64,000 bases of DNA. Source: Mayamaea pseudoterrestris. Its lineage: Eukaryota. The position numbers and the translations under genes are program-made. Within the stretch, counting starts at the first letter, position 1, and each line of letters starts with the position of its first letter. The notes under the pieces are model-generated. The model did not search any database, was not told the origin of the DNA, and saw nothing but the letters and a program-made list of their open reading frames with translations. Below, in pieces: positions 9,750 through 20,600 of the stretch. The DNA lies in assembly GCA_027923505.1 (NCBI GenBank), contig BROI01000005.1, forward strand, positions 992,001 through 1,056,000, in the 5' to 3' direction.

Positions 9750-10300
9750 GAAACGACTGCCAGTGAAAACTACGTCATGAGGCAATAAATTAAACCAGTG
9801 CCAGTGAAAACTACGTCATAAGGCAATAATAAAAAAGAGTGCCAGTGAAAACTTTGTCATTAGGCTTTAATACGAAATGAGTGCCCGTGAGAACTGCGTC
9901 ATCTCCGAATAAGCCTTCTTCATTGAAAACGTCGCCAAAAGCAATACTACGAAACGAGTGCCAGTGTCAATGACGTCACAAGGCAATAGTACGAAACGAG
10001 TGCCAATGTCAATTTCGCCAGAAGGCAATAGTACGAAACAAGTGCCAGTGTCAATTAAGTCATTAGGCAATAGTATGAAACGAGTGCCAATGTCAATTAC
10101 GTCATTAGGCAATACTACGAAACGAGTGCCAGTGTCAATGACGTCACAAGGCAATAGTACGAAACGAGTGCCAATGTCAATTTCGCCAGAAGGCAATAGT
10201 ACGAAACAAGTGCCAGTGTCAATTAAGTCATTAGGCAATAGTATGAAACGAGTGCCAATGTCAATTACGTCATTAGGCAATGTTACGAAACAAGTTCAAG
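9750..10300. repeat. 42-bp minisatellite (about 13 units) with a perfect 168-bp (4-unit) higher-order duplication
   Basis: Units start at 9956, 9998, 10040, 10082, 10124, 10166, 10208, 10250 (example GAGTGCCAGTGTCAATGACGTCACAAGGCAATAGTACGAAAC). Degenerate 41-42 bp units at 9755, 9796, 9837, 9879. Confidence 0.95.
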
Positions 10301-10437
10301 TGAGTCGGCTTTTCCGTCTGCCATCCTTGCGACCTCACCGCTCCAACATCCAACACAACATCGCATCGCGAAGCACCCACTAGCGGAGTATCATTCGTAC
10401 ATACCTCCTGCATGCAAGACCACCAAGACCTTGCATA

Positions 10438-11715
10438 ATGAATGACTTTGTGCATCGTGACGGGTTTCCAGCCCTGAGGCTTTCCAAGAAGGAGAACAAG
10501 AATGACGAGGACAACGATGCCAACGACGAGACTCCAGAAACAAGCGTATGGAACACTCACGACGATGAAGCAATTCCTCGCCATGCGTTTTGGGCTTGTC
10601 CTGACGCACTCCAAGTAAAGACCATTGACAAGCTCCGTCAAGATTGTCGAACCGTGTTCACTGCTCGCGCCAAGGATGACGGACAAGCCTACAGCGCTGG
10701 CATCACCTACTTTTGTCCATCGCTCATGCCGCCCCGATGTGCTTTGGAAGCCTTGGCGCTTGACATCTTTCGAATGCATACCCAGCACTTGGCGGACGAT
10801 GTCATGGTTCCAGAACAATCTGGAGCCGAGTGGTGGACCTTGGTTATGGATGATGATAAAGATGAACATGATGACAAGAAGAAGGAGAACGATAGCGATG
10901 ATGTTCCTTCCAACGACGAAGATGACGAGAGTGACGAGGTTGGACTTCATTTCGACGCCGACTATGGGCTAGAGGAGCAAGCATCTGGACTCTTGCTACA
11001 CCCGCGACTGGCTACGGTCACCTATCTATCGGATTATGGCGCGCCAACCGTTGTTTTCGACAAGCGGTCGCCGACAGTCAAAGATGTAAACAAATCGTCG
11101 CTGCAGGGAGACATCACCAAAGGCTGGCTGTCCAGTCCATCTGTCGGAAAACACATTGCCTTTGACGGAAGGCTGCTGCATGGTGCGCCTGCCACCTTTT
11201 TTCCAGGAGCTACACTCGATGGCAACGTTATGGCCTCGGAGGATGGACCACCAATCAAGAAGCAAAAGATGGATCGCGTTCGATACACTTTTCTCGTAAA
11301 TATATGGATCAATCATTGTCCACTCGATGCGGAACCACTGGAGGACAGCATTGTCGAGCAACTGACGCCGGTCCATGTCGCGAACAAGCCGTTGTATATT
11401 TGGAAATCAAACTTGCCTGCAGCACTTGAAAACTCCTATGCTTGCACCAATGTGAAATTAAATAAGCACGGAAATGATGAAGAGCCCGCAGGCGAAGAAG
11501 AGTTTGTTCTATGCGATCGCTTGTTAACCGTCAAGTACAATTCGACTATGGAGGATCTGCATAAAGTTGCTACAATAGCAAGAAGCAACGATGGTACGGT
11601 AGAGCTGATTATTGCACCTGACGTTGTTACATTGAAGGTTGGTGGACGCGTAACTGAAAATGACGATGAAGGGAGTAGTAATGATGGAGAAGTAGTGACT
11701 GATGTTATTGGGTAG
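10438..11715 (+). CDS. Putative 2-oxoglutarate/Fe(II) dioxygenase-fold protein
   Basis: GAEWW, HFD (HxD), TVTYLSDYGAPT, FDGRLLHG (distal His), RYTFLVNIW. Confidence 0.6.
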   Translation: MNDFVHRDGFPALRLSKKENKNDEDNDANDETPETSVWNTHDDEAIPRHAFWACPDALQVKTIDKLRQDCRTVFTARAKDDGQAYSAGITYFCPSLMPPRCALEALALDIFRMHTQHLADDVMVPEQSGAEWWTLVMDDDKDEHDDKKKENDSDDVPSNDEDDESDEVGLHFDADYGLEEQASGLLLHPRLATVTYLSDYGAPTVVFDKRSPTVKDVNKSSLQGDITKGWLSSPSVGKHIAFDGRLLHGAPATFFPGATLDGNVMASEDGPPIKKQKMDRVRYTFLVNIWINHCPLDAEPLEDSIVEQLTPVHVANKPLYIWKSNLPAALENSYACTNVKLNKHGNDEEPAGEEEFVLCDRLLTVKYNSTMEDLHKVATIARSNDGTVELIIAPDVVTLKVGGRVTENDDEGSSNDGEVVTDVIG

Positions 11716-12220
11716 AGTATGATCTTGAAACCTGTACCACATTTATTTAGTAATGATTGAGCAACATGTATCATACGGTACAAGTTCTTCTACATACAGC
11801 TAAGAAACTTCTCGCTCGCTATCGATGGAGCAGAACTTGTACGAGTAGTGCGGTGTGCGGGTGCCAACTGGTCGCTTTGCGACACAGATACGAATCGTAC
11901 CGGTACGACTTGGAACGTCACGATCTTGACTCGGAATCTTGGCTTGGATCCTCCAGCTTGCAGCAGTTGCGGTTTTCTAAAAAATAAACTCTCGTCTTGC
12001 CAGTTCACACTACAGCGGCAACAAGTCTTTAGCTGCTTGTCGTTTGGCAGCAGATCAGGAAAGAATACTTGCAATAGCTTGAGTGAGGGATTGAGACGAT
12101 CCGAGCCATTTTCTGTAGTCGCAAGTTGCAAGGGACCCAAGCAGCATCTCCGACGCTGCAACAGCCACACCAGATATAGCTTCGCTAAATCGATTGATAG
12201 ACACGCCATTAACTACAGAG

Positions 12221-13939
12221 ATGAAAGTCGAACTCTCCATTCACGCCGTTCAGCTCAAGAATGTGGCCGGAGCCTTTCGCGGAACTTCCGATCCTTTTGC
12301 CGTTTTGACGCAAGTCGCCACCAAGCCAGGAACCAAGCCAATCGTTCTGGGACGCACCGAAGTCATGAAGAATACATTGAGTCCGCAGTGGGTATCGACC
12401 TTTACTTGCGACTATCAGCTTGGTACGCAGTGCAAGATTGCTGTCAGTATTTTTGACGAGGAAAAGAAATCTAGTAACAAACCCATGGGTTGCGCAGTCT
12501 TTGAAGTTGGCGAACTGCTTGGCGCTCGAGGAAACACCAAGGCCAAAAAGCTTCCACGTGGAGGAACAGTCTTCTGTATGGCACGCAAACAAGTTGGAAG
12601 CGGCGTTCTACGTCTTCAAGTCAAGGGAGCCAATCTCAAAAATGTAGAAGGAATGTTGAGCAAGAGTGATCCATTCTTTGAGCTGTCGCGCCGCGTTGAT
12701 GCGGCGGGGAGTCTGACCTACGACAAGGTCTTTCGGAGCAAAACTATCAAGAACAATCTCAACCCCGAATGGGAAGCTTCGGCCATTGAAATTAGTACGC
12801 TTTGCGGAGGAAACCTGGATCTGCCAATCAAATTTAGCGTCTTTGATTTTGAGGGCAGTGGCAAACACGTTGCAATGGGAAGCTTTGAAACGAGCGTTAA
12901 GGGCATGCAGCAAGCGGCAGCGTCAGGAACTACCATGCACTTGACACAAAAAAGCAAAGATGTTGGAAGCATTACCTTTCTGCGAGCCGATGTGGAAGGT
13001 ATGCAAGCAAGTGCAGGTAGTATCACCCAAGGACTTGCAAATACGCACATTTCTTCGTCAATTGCACCACGATCACAACCAACTTTAGAATCGGCCAATT
13101 TTATTGACTATGTTTCGGGAGGTTGCGATTTGAATGTTGTCGTTGCCATTGATTTTACTGGCTCCAATGGCGATCCCCGCCAGCCAGGCACGCTTCATCA
13201 TCTTGATCCACATTCAAAGAATGCCTACGAAAAAGCGATCACATCAATCGTTGGCATTTTGGAAGCGTACGACTCGGATAAAATGTTTCCAGTTGTTGGG
13301 TTCGGCGCGAAATATCATGGCGTTGTCAACCACTGCTTTCAGTGCGGACCCATGGAGGAGGTTCATGGCATCGATGGGGTTTTGACAGCCTACAACCAAG
13401 TGTTTCATTCCGGCTTGGTCATGAGTTCACCTACGGTATTTACTGGCGTGATTGAGATGGCGGCGGCTCGCGCACATCACAAGTTTGAGGATGCTAAGCG
13501 ACGAAATCAGCAGGCGTATACGGTCCTGCTGATCATTACGGATGGAGCTGTTTCTGATCCAGCTGCCACTGCGGCGAGCATCCGACAAATAAGTGATGCG
13601 CCACTTTCAATTGTCATTGTAGGTGTCGGCGATGCTGATTTCTCCAGCATGCACTTTTTGGACGATGAACCTAAGGCCAAGCGAGACATTGTGCAGTTTG
13701 TTGAATATAACAAGCATTCGCGCAATAGCTGTGATCTTAGTACGGCGACACTTTGCGAGATTCCGGCGCAAGTGGAAAGGTATTTCAAAACCAAGGGCAT
13801 TGGACCGTTGCCAATGGTCGTGGCTAAGGAGGAAGAGGTATTCGTTGAGGATGAAAGAGAAGTTGACTTGACTTTGAATATTAGTGAGGACGAGATCGTC
13901 GTGACGAGTGGCGGAGATGACTTTGCCAGTGGCTTTTAA
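12221..13939 (+). CDS. Copine (C2-C2-vWA)
   Basis: SDPF in two C2 domains, VAIDFTGSNGDP, GFGAK, LLIITDG, APLSIVIVGVG, RDIVQFV. Confidence 0.95.
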   Translation: MKVELSIHAVQLKNVAGAFRGTSDPFAVLTQVATKPGTKPIVLGRTEVMKNTLSPQWVSTFTCDYQLGTQCKIAVSIFDEEKKSSNKPMGCAVFEVGELLGARGNTKAKKLPRGGTVFCMARKQVGSGVLRLQVKGANLKNVEGMLSKSDPFFELSRRVDAAGSLTYDKVFRSKTIKNNLNPEWEASAIEISTLCGGNLDLPIKFSVFDFEGSGKHVAMGSFETSVKGMQQAAASGTTMHLTQKSKDVGSITFLRADVEGMQASAGSITQGLANTHISSSIAPRSQPTLESANFIDYVSGGCDLNVVVAIDFTGSNGDPRQPGTLHHLDPHSKNAYEKAITSIVGILEAYDSDKMFPVVGFGAKYHGVVNHCFQCGPMEEVHGIDGVLTAYNQVFHSGLVMSSPTVFTGVIEMAAARAHHKFEDAKRRNQQAYTVLLIITDGAVSDPAATAASIRQISDAPLSIVIVGVGDADFSSMHFLDDEPKAKRDIVQFVEYNKHSRNSCDLSTATLCEIPAQVERYFKTKGIGPLPMVVAKEEEVFVEDEREVDLTLNISEDEIVVTSGGDDFASGF

Positions 13940-13976
13940 ACAAGTAAGCATGCTAAATGTGTTACGGTCGTACTTT

Positions 13977-16900
13977 CTATCGATTATTTCGTCTAGCTTC
14001 AGCAGCAGCTGCTGCTGCAACATCGCGGCCAATTCCCATACCCGCCCAAATGTCCATTGCTTGAGATTCTTCACCGCCGATGAAGGTTGACTTCTGGTCC
14101 TGCGCCATCCGACCAATTAATTTCAAAGCGGCAAGATTGTAACCGACAATGTCACGTGATTCGGCGAGACGTAAGCGCAACTGGTGCCGGAGCTCACGCA
14201 AAGGAATCGCCAGGGACTTGTTGGCGACCACCTGCCATTGATGCACCTTCACGAGAAAGATTGCCACCTTCGAGCAAGTCTCGACGCCCCTACCTTGCTT
14301 CAGAAGGATGGCGCAATAGTATATCAATCTTTCGACGTGGCTGTGCGACAAAACAAGCAAACTCTGCTCGAGTTCGACATTTTTGATTGACTTAAGAATC
14401 CAAAGCACATAGTGCGCAGGTAACATGCCCATTAGCAGCGGATTCAATTGTCGCATCTTTCTCGTACTTTGGTGGTGATTTCGAAACAATGCGACCTCTT
14501 TTAACTCCTGGTCGGCCCGTTCAAGTCCGTCCATAAGGCGGTCGCCTGCGCTGATAGTCATGACACTTTTCTTGACAGCAGCCTCGCTTTGTGGTTGATT
14601 GTCATCGTCAACAGACTTATCGTCGCTGTCCAAGTTCGCCTTTCCGTGCAAAATCGCGACAGTGCCACTGTCGTCTCTACTTCCTATCCGATCAAATACT
14701 TGCTCCAGCTCTCGCTCTCGCTCCTCTTGAAGAAAAACAATATCCTTTGTTCGTTCCCAAACTCGTACTTGCCGATCCATCCCACACGTCAACACAAACG
14801 CACCCGTCCGACTTATTGCGACACTATTTACTTCGGCTGTGTGTCCAGCTAGTGCGAGAATCTGTTCAAAGCGATCACCGTCCCAGTACCGCACCGAGCC
14901 ATCCTTGCTCGTCGAAAAGAAGTTGTGCGTTCGACGAACAAATCGAACATCAGTGATAGAATCCTCGTGGCCATGAAGGGTGCGATGCGTATCGCCAAAG
15001 TCTAAACCGTGAATCTTGATAGTCTTGTCGGCCGATGCTGATGCTAGTAAAGCATCGTCGTCGCTGCAATCGATAGCCAAGACTGGAAGCTTGTGACCAT
15101 ATAAACTGAGAAACAGCTTGAGCGAATCTTCGAAGAAAACCTTCACAGTACAATCGAGCGAAGCCACGCAAACCAATCGCTTGGATTGCGCGTGGGAGTA
15201 GCGCACTGCAATGACCTCATCCGACATTTTAAGAGAGCGAGTGTGCACGAGGACTGGGTCATGGCCGATACCTTCTTCGCCGTCGCTCTGTTCCCCTGAT
15301 GCCTCGACATCCCAAAATTTTACTTCTTTTGCTCCACCAGAAACGAGAGTGATGGAGCCGTCCACAGTTGTTGGTTTGCGTACGTCAACACTCCAAACAG
15401 CCGATTCGTGTGCTTTTTCTTCTAAAAAAACAACCTCCCCAGCCGCTATGTCGATTACTAATAAATGCCCTTCTCTCGTCCCTACAACGACGTGTCTGTT
15501 GCCTGGCAAAAAAACCACGCAAAGACCATAAGCTGCAGCGAGCTTGGATTTTGATCGCGTATTGGGCGACAAGGACTGGATACACGTTCGGGACCTGACG
15601 TTCCAAATCTTGACCGTGTTCTTGCTAACGGTGCAGGCCATATTGTCATCTGAAGAAAGGCTCACCGCTCTAATTCCAGTGGGATGACCGGATGTGTCCA
15701 TCGAGGCAATTTTGTTGCATGCAATTGTTAATCGTGCGCCTTCCTTGCCGGCAACCCGCGAGATGGAGAATGTCTCGTAAGCGTTTGTGGTCAAAGCACA
15801 AACAACGCGCACCATTTCCCCTCGTTCCTTATGAACCGCAAATGCAAAATTTCGCACTTTATGACTCGCGTGAATAGTTGATAGATGTTCGAACTCATCC
15901 GACGCCTTGAGGGTGCTAGGATCCAGTTGTTGCTCCTCTGATGGGAGAGCTTCATGCTCATCATCCGACAAAATCAAATCGTCCAACATGCCCCGCTTCT
16001 GTGCTGCTGTTTGTCCGCCATCACTTTGTCTCTTCTTGTCCTTCTCCTCTCGGCGTCTTAGTCGGCGTTGACGCTTCTTGGTGCTTTCTTGCGCGCTCCG
16101 CACAATGTAAACATCAACACTCTTTGAATTGCCGTGCAATACACCAACATACTTGCCGCTGGGATGAAAGTGAAGGCTCTGAATCTTCTCAGCCAATATC
16201 GCCACGTTAGGAGGTGGAGGAAGCATGCCCATGAATTGACAAACATCTTCACAAGCAAGATTCGACGGTGCCACCGAATCTGCGACAAGATTTGAAGCCA
16301 CTCGTGTGGGTGTTTGGAGTGACCAAACGCGCACCTGGCCGTCGCTGCCGCCGGTAATTAGGCGACGACGAAACTCAGTCTTCTCTACTCCAAACTCACT
16401 ATGTTGCTCCAAAGTATGATTGCTCCATAAGCGCGCGATGGCAGCACCAATAACTTCACCACGATGATTTGCAAGCGTCTGAATACAGCACTGTCCTGCA
16501 AGATCCCATACCTTGATCAATCCGTCTAGACTCGTTGTTACTAACAAATCGAGGCCGGTCAGTTCGAGAAACATGACTTGAGTAATTCCTCCGACGTGAC
16601 CCAACAGTCGAAACAGTCCAGTTTCCGCAACAACATCCCACAGAACCACAGATCCATAACTTCCGCCCGATGCAAGCCTTCCACCGTTCCCGTCAAACGA
16701 CAATGTCCGAACTGGACTCTGATTGTGCCCATTAAGTACGAGTGGAGGTTCGCGGTGATCGTTGCCGTCTTCGCCTTCATTGTTGAGCAAGGAGTGGATC
16801 AAATTTTGCTGACGCTGAATCAGAAGTTCATCGGACGTCACGGTCCATATTCGGATAGCGCCGTCGACCCAGCCACTCGCTAAGCGAAAAATTATTTGAG

Positions 16901-17270
16901 TATTGCTGATGCTTGCCGCGTCAATGTTTGTAAGTGTGTGTGTGTCGAAGCAAACGACTTCATCATTATTCCAAGCCCGACCCGTTCCCACTCCTCCTGC
17001 AAGCTCTTGATAGTGAAAGAACCGCCATACTGGAAGACTCGTCTTGGTATTATAAAGAGTAATGCTGCTTCCCGTCGTTGCCGCGAGTAAGTTGTTCATG
17101 AAAGAATTTGTCGCTGATATTGAGCTGTTAATGGCACCCGACGCTTCGACTGCGCCGACGAACTTTACGACGGCATTGGAAGGCGGCGCCTTGGACGAGC
17201 CAGAAGAAAAGATTAATCCAAAAGTATCAGCGCATTCGTAGCGCAGGTACGTATGCTGGTTAGTCGTCAT
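13977..17270 (-). CDS. UTP12: U3 snoRNP WD40 protein Utp12/Dip2/WDR3
   Basis: N-terminal YLRY, many WD repeats, SLKLFLSLYGHKLPVL...SASADKTIKIHGLDFGDTHRTL, C-terminal Utp12 domain. Confidence 0.92.
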   Translation of the reverse strand: MTTNQHTYLRYECADTFGLIFSSGSSKAPPSNAVVKFVGAVEASGAINSSISATNSFMNNLLAATTGSSITLYNTKTSLPVWRFFHYQELAGGVGTGRAWNNDEVVCFDTHTLTNIDAASISNTQIIFRLASGWVDGAIRIWTVTSDELLIQRQQNLIHSLLNNEGEDGNDHREPPLVLNGHNQSPVRTLSFDGNGGRLASGGSYGSVVLWDVVAETGLFRLLGHVGGITQVMFLELTGLDLLVTTSLDGLIKVWDLAGQCCIQTLANHRGEVIGAAIARLWSNHTLEQHSEFGVEKTEFRRRLITGGSDGQVRVWSLQTPTRVASNLVADSVAPSNLACEDVCQFMGMLPPPPNVAILAEKIQSLHFHPSGKYVGVLHGNSKSVDVYIVRSAQESTKKRQRRLRRREEKDKKRQSDGGQTAAQKRGMLDDLILSDDEHEALPSEEQQLDPSTLKASDEFEHLSTIHASHKVRNFAFAVHKERGEMVRVVCALTTNAYETFSISRVAGKEGARLTIACNKIASMDTSGHPTGIRAVSLSSDDNMACTVSKNTVKIWNVRSRTCIQSLSPNTRSKSKLAAAYGLCVVFLPGNRHVVVGTREGHLLVIDIAAGEVVFLEEKAHESAVWSVDVRKPTTVDGSITLVSGGAKEVKFWDVEASGEQSDGEEGIGHDPVLVHTRSLKMSDEVIAVRYSHAQSKRLVCVASLDCTVKVFFEDSLKLFLSLYGHKLPVLAIDCSDDDALLASASADKTIKIHGLDFGDTHRTLHGHEDSITDVRFVRRTHNFFSTSKDGSVRYWDGDRFEQILALAGHTAEVNSVAISRTGAFVLTCGMDRQVRVWERTKDIVFLQEERERELEQVFDRIGSRDDSGTVAILHGKANLDSDDKSVDDDNQPQSEAAVKKSVMTISAGDRLMDGLERADQELKEVALFRNHHQSTRKMRQLNPLLMGMLPAHYVLWILKSIKNVELEQSLLVLSHSHVERLIYYCAILLKQGRGVETCSKVAIFLVKVHQWQVVANKSLAIPLRELRHQLRLRLAESRDIVGYNLAALKLIGRMAQDQKSTFIGGEESQAMDIWAGMGIGRDVAAAAAAEARRNNR

Positions 17271-17608
17271 GGTTGATATGAGCTGATAAGAGCAGAGGAG
17301 AAGCAGTAGTAATCCAATCTACTTGCATCAATAGATAATGCAGGGAATTGGAGAATTCGATAATATTGCTTGGCCCTCGAGCAATCTGGCAACTGTCGCA
17401 GCGACATCAACACACAAGTACCGTACTGTACGACACACTGTACGGTAGCTATGGCTTGGGTGTCGTGACCTATGCTACGGTACGGCTTACGTAAAGCCAG
17501 AAAACTCAACTATTGTACCATCAAATCGTAACTCAGGCAAAATTTATACAAATCATAGCCTAGCGCCATTGCTCGTCGGTCAACAATAACTCAAACGATA
17601 AAAATACT

Positions 17609-20600
17609 TCATTCTTTGTCAACGACAGTCCATGGGAAGTACGTCGCCAACCACTCCACTAGGTTAAGTCCTTGACGATCAATCATTAAAAGAGTCTTGC
17701 GGTTTCCACTGCTTCGGAGGATGCATTCATCGACCGCCATATGGGCCAGGCGCAACACCACCGACACCAAAACCGAGTTCAGTAGTGCTGCCACGACTAA
17801 GATCACCGCACTCTTGGATACATGTGTTCTAACAGTATAGCAAGTGGCGTCGTCCCGCTCCAACGTGTCCTTTAATATCTCATCCACGAAATCACAGTAA
17901 TCCCCTACCATGAAAGCGGCAAACGTGGAGGTCTGCATCACGGCGGCGAAAACGGACAACGCAAAAACTTCAATCGCGCTCCAAGCATTCGCAATCTCAG
18001 CCAATGACATTACAAATAATCGACGTTTTAGTGTCAGAGGTTTCAGCACAAGAATGAGGAGTAGTGCAAGGCAACCGAGGGGAGCGATGATAGTATAAAA
18101 GAAGTACAGTCCTTGCAGAGCTGCAATAAAGAGTGACTCTGGATTCTGCATTGACGTCCGCAGCGACAGTCCCAAAGAAATGAGCGAATATTCGGTGCGC
18201 TTGCTACCTTCGATGGCATAGCCCGCCAATCCACCAATATCAAAGACGAAACTGGTTGTCGTGGCTCCAATAGCAATGAGCGCTAAGACAAGTAAGAAAC
18301 ATGCGACCAATAGCGACACAAAAGGAGCAGACAGTCGGCGAATCAAGTCATCCACTTGAAACTCGTGCAATCGCAATGAGTCCAGCTTGTTATCACTCTC
18401 GGGGATAGATTGAAGCTCGCATCGTCGGTGATAGTATATAAGCACATGACCAACAACCAAGGAAAGGTTAGTTGCAAGTAAAAACCCATAAAATCCAAAG
18501 TGCGGCGTCACAAACACATCCAATGCTATATTGCTATACAGTGTAGCGTGATAGCGAAAGGCGACCATAAATAGAATCATCACGTATGCGTCAACCAGCG
18601 AAAACTTGCCCAAGCCGTCGAGTGCCAGCAAGTACCGGCCTCGTCGACGGGGTGATAAAGTGCAGGGGGCAGCAATCCACGCGTAGAGGAGCATGATAAG
18701 CTTGGTGTACGGCCAGATACCGCTTAAACTAACGACCAGCAAAAAGAGTGGATAGATGCGCGCTTTGAGCATGTCTCGAGCAGTATTTATCAGCCCAAAA
18801 GCAAAGACTGACGGCAGGGCCAAATGTTGATTGTTGATTGTGGCGTAGACGTCCACTGTCGCTCCCACTCCTAAATTGCTTGAAACCAAAAGTACAGTTG
18901 TGCTGACAATCAAAACAGTAACGCCGATTTTTGCAAAAAAAGGCACGCACGGATTGTCTATGAGGCGTCGTGTCTCGTCAAGTGGGACGTCGATCACAGC
19001 ATCAGGTGGCTCACCTTGCAGCAGCGGCTGCAACAACTCGTCATCGCTGGCAGATAATGTCACATGCCTATCCGCCAAGCTTTCTTTTGTTGAAGTCCTA
19101 GGTATGAGTAATAAGGTCGGCTGGGCCAGAATGAAGAACGCGAGGATCGTCATTAATATTCCCAAGACATTTACTCCGTCGAAGCCATCATCACCCCATT
19201 CAGGCGATGACATGCCGCACTGAGTGTTTGTAGTTCCTTGAATATGCAGTGATGCTGACTTGACCATTTCCCAAATCGTAAGAATAATCCAGTCAGTAGC
19301 TGAAGCAGGCGCTTGCGCGATCCAAGGGTATTCGCGAGAATCAAAATTTATCGCGTAGGAGTCAAACAACCCATTTTGATCCATGGATGCGTTTACATCA
19401 AACAGCATAGTTAGAATACCCAGTTGACCCCGCATGCGATCGACATTCGCACTGACCGTAGGTAGAGTGAGGCATTGCCCATGTTGTAAAACATCCGAAA
19501 CATGAATTTGCTGCACGCGCGCCAAATCGTACTGGATTACAGATTCCACGAGGCAATCAAAACTACTCACAGCAAGACGCCCTTTAATCGAGAGCACAAG
19601 ACCCAATGGAACGTAGCTCGCGTCGCCCGAAAACAATATTTGCGGCTGTGAATCAATGGCCATGTCAGCCGCTCCAAAGTATATGCTGCTGTTTAGTCCA
19701 ATCCCGTCCAGCATGGGAGCGAGTATTTTCAGTTCCCGCACGCTCCCTGTGTTTGCAATTGTAAATTGCTGCAAGTTAATGCGCAATGAATCATTAACAC
19801 TTGACGATTTGATTGTTTCCACGACGGCCCGAGAGAGGAAGTTGCTTGTGCAGGCGATAAACCCATTAAGCTGTTTCAGTGTTGTTGATTCGCCAAGCAA
19901 ATTGTTGAGTGAGGTAAGCGGCCAAAAATCGGAAAAGTTCGCTAGTCGAGGAAGCACTTTATCATTCGCACGTGGTCCGTGGCATGATCCATCCGAAGTA
20001 GATGCGCGATGAAGCCAGTCGTTCAAGGTTTGTTTCGCCACCCGACGAGTAAATCCGTATAGCGCCTGGCGCGCGTATAAGGAGTAGTCACGAAGTACAA
20101 GCTCAAGAACGTTATTCAGCACATCATCAAGGTCGCCTTCGAATTGCCCACCAAGTGGTCCTTGGTGAAAACGCATGCTGGGAGTTAGCGTCAGGCCGGA
20201 CAATCGCACCTTTATTCCCAAATCCGTTGCTAGCAGCTTCGCTATCGCACCCAATATGCAGCTGACTTGAGGACTCTTCTCGCCGATTATTATTCCCTCT
20301 AGCGCCCCCATAAAGTTGGCAATAGTCAAGTTTTGCCATGCCAAGGGTTCCAAATCGATTGCCATGGTCAGCCAGGCATCCAGCGAGGAAGCGTTTACGT
20401 CCAAGCGAAAATGTTCCAACAAATCGTCGCCTTGAAACATTCCCCCAATGGATGATATATTGGCTGACAAGTTAAAGGAAGCCAACATATTATGCAACGT
20501 CGACAATCGAGTTGTAAAATCGTCATTATTGGTCGGTTGCAACAATGCTGCGTGCGACCAGTCATCCAAACCCGATAGCACCATCGATTGAATAACTACT

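Noticed and set aside
9750..10300. CRISPR-like array
   Set aside because: Units are contiguous variants of one 42-mer with no unique spacers, the variable parts are themselves duplicated, and there are no cas genes in this eukaryotic context.
9867..10383. Repeat-protein ORFs on both strands of the minisatellite
   Set aside because: Open frames are expected from a stop-free unit whose length is a multiple of 3; both lack ATG starts and the upstream 41-bp units break the frame.
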